DNA from: Octopus bimaculoides
Taxonomy: Eukaryota
Length of the DNA stretch: 64,000 nucleotides
Assembly: GCF_001194135.2 (NCBI RefSeq)
Contig: NC_068984.1
Coordinates: 103,713,845 to 103,777,844, forward strand
Direction: 5' to 3'
The notes beneath the pieces were generated by a model, which saw only the letters and a list, made by a program, of their open reading frames with translations, searched no databases and was not told the DNA's origin. Both the position numbers and the translations under genes were made by a program. Shown piece by piece: positions 1-64,000 of this stretch (position 1 is its first letter; each line of letters starts with the position of its first letter).

Positions 1-1790
1 GGTGTTGCTACATAATTTTACTTCACGAATGCTTTTTAGGAATTGACATTTGGTTCATTTTGGTTTGATGCTACTGCCCTTATCTGTACCTTCTGCCACG
101 AGTTGGTTCATCTGGGACACTTGACAGTAAGAGGTCCAGCTTTATTTTGAAGACACCTACATCCACCCAATGCAGGTCTCTCAGGTCCTTCGGGAGGATA
201 TTGAAGAGCTGTGATCCTCTGAAGCCCAGGCTATTGCAGTATCTTGTCCTTTATCTTGATGGCAAATTTGGAGTCCTTGGCACTATGCAGTGGTGCCAAG
301 TTCTAGTATTTGTGTAACTCTCAATGCCAAAGTTTGGGACAAGTCCTTCTAGATGTATATTATGGCATATCTTTCTTGCCTTTGCTCTAAGGAATAGTCT
401 TAATCTCTTGAGTCTTTCCTTGTAGCTTATATGCGGCATAGAGGCTATCTTCTTCGTGTAGCTTCGTTGGATTGCCTCAGGTTCTAAGATTAATTTGACA
501 CTGATTGGTGACCATAGCTGAGAACAATAGTCAAAGTAGCTTAAGACAAGTGTCCTCCAGAGGACCATCGTGGTTTCCTGATCTCTTGTTCTAAATGTTC
601 TAAGAATCCATCCATCCAGTCAGCCGCCTGCATTTCATTGCCAGTTTAGCAACATGTACATGGAAGGATGCATAGTTACTCATGTAAATGTCCAGGTCTC
701 GCACTGACTGTGCCTCTGGGATTGCAATCCCTCGAGGTCCAGTGTATTTAAGGGGTATTGCATTTAGTTTTGCATGCTGATAGCACAAGGCTTGAAACTT
801 TTCAGTCCACTTGTATATTTCATCCAGCTCACATTGCATGTGCATAGTGTCTTCAGGGTTCTGTATTACATGTGAGACTTTTGTATCATCTGCATAACTT
901 GCAATTATAGCTCTCTGTGTGGCTGAGGGCATGTCTGAGAGAGCGATTATGAACAGTAGTGGTCCCAAAATAGTGCCTTGCAGAATACCTCACTATTTGT
1001 ATGTCATTGGAGGTGGCCCCATTGGCTACTACCACCTGACTTCTATACTTCAGAAAGTCATGAAGCCATTCTCCCAATTTTCCAACTATGCTGAGATCAC
1101 GCAGTTTGTGACATATTCCATGATCGACTTTATCAAAGGCCTTTGCAAAGTCAAGATACATCACTTCCACATTTGAGTGGTTGAGCAGCTGTTTCAGCAC
1201 CCAGTCATAGTGTTGTAAGAGCTGAGTCAGGCAGCTTCTTCCTGGTTGGAAACAATGTTAGGCAGCAAGTCATTTTCTTCAAGGAAGGCAATAAGTTTTC
1301 TTCTGACTATTCATTCCATGACCTTGCTGATATGTGAGGTCAGAGAGATAGGTCTGTAGTTCTTGGCTTCTGTTCTACCACCTCCTTTATGAATAGGGCA
1401 TATTTTACCCTCCTTCGGTTTTCTTGGAAGTTTGCCAGTTGCAAGGAAGCTCTGAAAGAGGGACTGCAGTGGTCTTGCTAGGACCCACATGCTTTTAGAA
1501 GGGTTGCTGGGAATCCATCAGGGCCAGTAGCTGAGTTTGGGTTCATTTCATTTATAGCCCTTTTTACATTGTCTTCCTTTATATTGATGTAATTGATCAT
1601 CACTGCCTCTGTTTTTATATCTACAGTGGTAAAAAAGTCAGTTGGATTGCTGACTTGCAAGTGTCCTAGGGGTGGAGTGAAAATACTTTTGAATTGCTCA
1701 TTTAGTATTTCACTTACCCTCATTGGGTTTCCTGTGAGTGTACCATCTTTTTCAAGGAGTGGCCCTATCCTGCAGTGTATTGTGTGATAT
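1..1790 (-). mobile_element. Degenerate CR1-group non-LTR retrotransposon (RT region, multiple frameshifts)
   Basis: Minus-strand ORF pieces ATGPDGF (1478-1723), YLDFAKAFDKVDH (886-1200), GPLLFII and YADDTK (600-968), YFDYCSQLWSP (251-568). Confidence 0.88.
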
Positions 1791-2309
1791 GAGTATGGTT
1801 TCCATAATTAGTCATCAAAATAACTAACATTTTGCCTAGTGATGAAAAGAAAAAAAACTTAACATTTAAAATTTTCCCCTGACAAACAAATCAACTTGTG
1901 ACTGTTGATACATCAAGTTAAAGATCAAAAAGTATGTCTAGTAGGAAGTCAATATGAATTCAACCAGTGTACAACACAGATGCCAAATATATTCAATTCA
2001 TGAAAATGTAACTGATGGTCTGGAAATGTTAAATATGTATTTAGGAACTTTATTATTCCATAGTAGCTGTAAAAAAAAAAAGAAAATACAAACAGGTCTA
2101 AAATTTAACAAGATAAATCTTGAACATAGTTGTATATTTAATGAAATGTGCATAAAAGAAATGTTCTCCACTCACACACACACAGATGGTGGCACAGTTA
2201 TATGGCTAAACAAATTAAATATAACAGCTTGGGTTTGATATACCAAATAAATGTGTTTGTGTGTATGTAGATATATATATATATATATAGATATATATAT
2301 ATATATATG

Positions 2310-2500
2310 GGAGAATGTACAAAAAAAACAACAACAGACGAGGACAGGTGGTGTAAACAACAAAAGGATGTATTAGTATGACGCTTGGGAATACGGAAAG
2401 TCTTTGACGTTTCGAGCTACACTCTTCAACAGAAAGAATACGGAGACAAGGAGAAAAACACGGAGAAAAAAAATTGAATAGTGTTCAGTCAATGGTCAAT
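2310..2500 (-). mobile_element. Solo Penelope-type pseudo-LTR with minimal hammerhead-like motif
   Basis: Lies between (AT)n tracts; reverse complement of 2401-2437 is TCTTT CTGTTGA A GAG TGTAG CTC GAAACGTC AAAGA. Confidence 0.6.
2401..2437 (-). ncRNA. Candidate minimal type I hammerhead ribozyme (A6U core variant)
   Basis: Stem I TCTTT/AAAGA, core CTGTTGA, stem II GAG/CTC, GAAA, palindromic ACGT stem III, GTC cleavage triplet. Confidence 0.5.
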
Positions 2501-2949
2501 CATATATATGCACATGTAAACAGAAAGAAAGCAAAGACTTAAGATTTTCAGATGATGAATATTTAAGTATGAATATATATTTATATATTAATAGATCAAT
2601 CTTATACAGAGTACAAACAATGGAGACAATTAAAGGGTGGAGGTAAAATGTTACAAATCCATCAGCTGTTTCTGGGGACTCTGAGATCCATCATAATGTT
2701 GGGAGATGTTGTTCAAAATATGCAGCCAGTAATGGAAGCAAATAAACATTGAATAAACCAATCCTCCACCCAAGCTGTTAGATTTAATTTGTTTATCCAC
2801 ATAATTCCCTCCATATCTTCTCACTTGGATTCCTCTTATGGCCAATCTTTACCTTGTGGAATTGGTCCCTTGTAAAGGCATTAGAGTCTAAGTTCAAACT
2901 ATTTGTATGCTACTGTTTTCTATACTAAGAATCTCTGGATTTCATCTGT

Positions 2950-3150
2950 TGACTTCAGCAATATAACTACACATGGTCTGTTGGCAATTTCTTCTTCTCT
3001 TTCTTTGGACTTCTCCTTTCCAATGAAGAGCTATGCTTAAAACGTTAAACTCTCTCCTTTCACTGAGAGTCAAGCTAATATACTTCTTGTGCATGTCCTC
3101 ATGTTCAATGTTTTTCTTTTTTTCGTTTTTAATCTGTTTATTTGAATTGA
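2950..3150 (+). mobile_element. Decayed Penelope-type pseudo-LTR, related to 2310-2500 and 34264-34330
   Basis: TTT CCAATGA A GAGC TAT GCTT AAAACGTT AAA at 3017-3049, followed by a shared GAGxGTCAAxCTAATA segment and then a microsatellite. Confidence 0.45.
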
Positions 3151-3151
3151 C

Positions 3152-3185
<34 letters not shown>

Positions 3186-3305
3186 TATATGTATGTATAT
3201 ATGTATGTATGTATGTATGTATATATGTATGTATGTATATATGTATGTATGTATATATATATGTATGTATATATGTATGTATGTATATATATATATATAT
3301 ATGTG

Positions 3306-3348
<43 letters not shown>
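3152..3348. repeat. Compound (AT)n/(ATGT)n microsatellite
   Basis: Directly visible. Confidence 0.97.
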
Positions 3349-3349
<1 letters not shown>

Positions 3350-3801
3350 CAAAGTAAAGTTGTAAGGTACTGCACAAGTGGAAATGTATATGAAAGATGG
3401 TTTGAAAATGCAATTTTAAAGATGTTTATTCACTTGACTGGTTTCACTTTTTGAGAAAAAAATTTGTCAAAAGTAAAATGTAAAGCTTTGTATGAGCTTT
3501 ATTGTGTTAAGTACTGGTTATCACAAAAGTATTCAAATACAGATATACATTCTTTGATAATAAGAAAATGTTAAAAACAGTTTATAAGAAAGTATTCAAG
3601 AAAATAATCAGAATGGAACTCCAAAACATATTTTGAGTTCAGTAAAAATTATGTTTGCTGGGTAGTATGTGTATGTATATATATATATATATATATATAT
3701 ACATACACATACTCCCCACCTTCTTTTACTATAAACTACAGTATTTTTCTTACTAAGTGATTGTTTTGTTAATAATATTTTTTCTTTGTCTTTTATTTCA
3801 G

Positions 3802-63027
<59,226 letters not shown>

Positions 63028-63469
63028 GTGAGTATTCTCCAAACATGGTTTACTAGAGGCATTTTCTTACACTTAGCATCCTAAAATTCCTGAAAAAAGT
63101 GTTATTGAATCTTATAAAAAGAAAATAATAGAAAGCTCTTTAAAAATGACAGTTTTTTTTTTTTATTACTTACTATTACTGTAATTTCCTGCAGAGATAT
63201 TTTTTTTATTATAAGTACTAAATGTCCTAATAACAAAGATTACACATGTTTTTATATCTCCATATACATAGAAATGGTAAAATCTTGTCTTACAAAAGAG
63301 TTAAAAGTTGTCTTTTTGTTGAAATAATCTAATGTTTTTTAAATGTTTCATGAAAGTTGGGACCTTCTTTTGCTCAATATGCAAGTTGTAGGAAATTTGA
63401 ATACTTAGCTTTATGTAAATGAGGACTTCCAGTAATTTTTGTTATATATATATATATATATGTGTATTA

Positions 63470-64000
63470 CCATCATCATCATTTAACATCTGTTGTCCAT
63501 ACTGGCATGGTTTCGACAGCTTGATCTGGGTTGCTAAGCTGGAAGGCTGCACAAGACCCCAGTCTGATTTGGCATGGTTTTCTATGGCTGGATGCCCTGC
63601 CTAACACCAACCACTCTGAGAGTGCAATGGTTGCTTATATGTGCCACCAGCATGGGTGCCATTTGCATGACACTGGTATCTGCCACGACTGTGATTTTGC
63701 TCAGCTTGATGGGTTTTCTCAAGTATGACAGTGCCAAAGGTCTTGATCATTGCCTCGAAAGGAACTCAGCCACTTTGCCTCCCTGAGGCCCAAAGCTCAA
63801 AAGGAACTCGGAAACTTTGCTTCTATGAGGCCCAAAACTCAAAAAGAACTCAGCCACTTTGCCTCCATGAGGCCCAATGCTTGAAAGGTGCTCTTTACAT
63901 TCCACCGGCACAGGTGCCAGTTACGTGACACCAGCATCAGCCATGACTATGATTTCACTTGGCTTGATGGGTCTTCTCAAGCACAGCATATCACCAAAGG
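63470..64000 (-). mobile_element. RTE 3'-end element with three 42-bp tandem units
   Basis: CATCATCATTTAACATC...GGCTGGATGCCCTGCCTAACACCAACCACTCTGAGAGTG; units at 63761, 63803 and 63845. Confidence 0.8.

Noticed and set aside
2942-3413. Tyr/Ile/His-rich ORFs (also 40754-41196, 29006-29261)
   Set aside because: Translations of (AT)n, (ATGT)n and (CA)n microsatellites.

Overview
Eukaryotic, AT-rich, microsatellite-rich draft-assembly sequence with six N gaps. The repeat families look like those of Octopus (inference, no search run). The window lies inside one large + strand gene. I traced 23 consecutive internal coding exons (3802-63027), all with GT-AG introns and matching phases, which splice to 5511 nt (1836 full codons, no stop). 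They encode 11 complete and one partial extracellular cadherin repeat, a non-chordate (NC) domain, EGF, LamG, EGF and most of a second LamG. This is the architecture of a type III classical cadherin, a neural-cadherin/Drosophila CadN orthologue; its N-terminus, transmembrane segment and cytoplasmic tail lie outside the window. The introns hold transposon relics: a CR1-group LINE, several RTE LINE pieces (one with a PHD-finger insertion), a Penelope-like element (RT + GIY-YIG) with an inverted partial copy, two mariner relics, TTAA-type MITEs and many tRNA-derived SINEs. The most unusual non-coding observations are: (1) five minimal hammerhead-ribozyme-like motifs of the Penelope type, two close to intact; (2) a composite element with a head-to-head tRNA-like hairpin, a hammerhead-like motif, a Penelope RT thumb fragment and a second hammerhead-like motif; (3) a foldback element with ~300-bp TIRs enclosing a (TTAGGG)n-like array; (4) an antisense relic with exact 23-residue STPR-like repeats. 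No prokaryotic features, CRISPR arrays or bona fide RNA genes were found.
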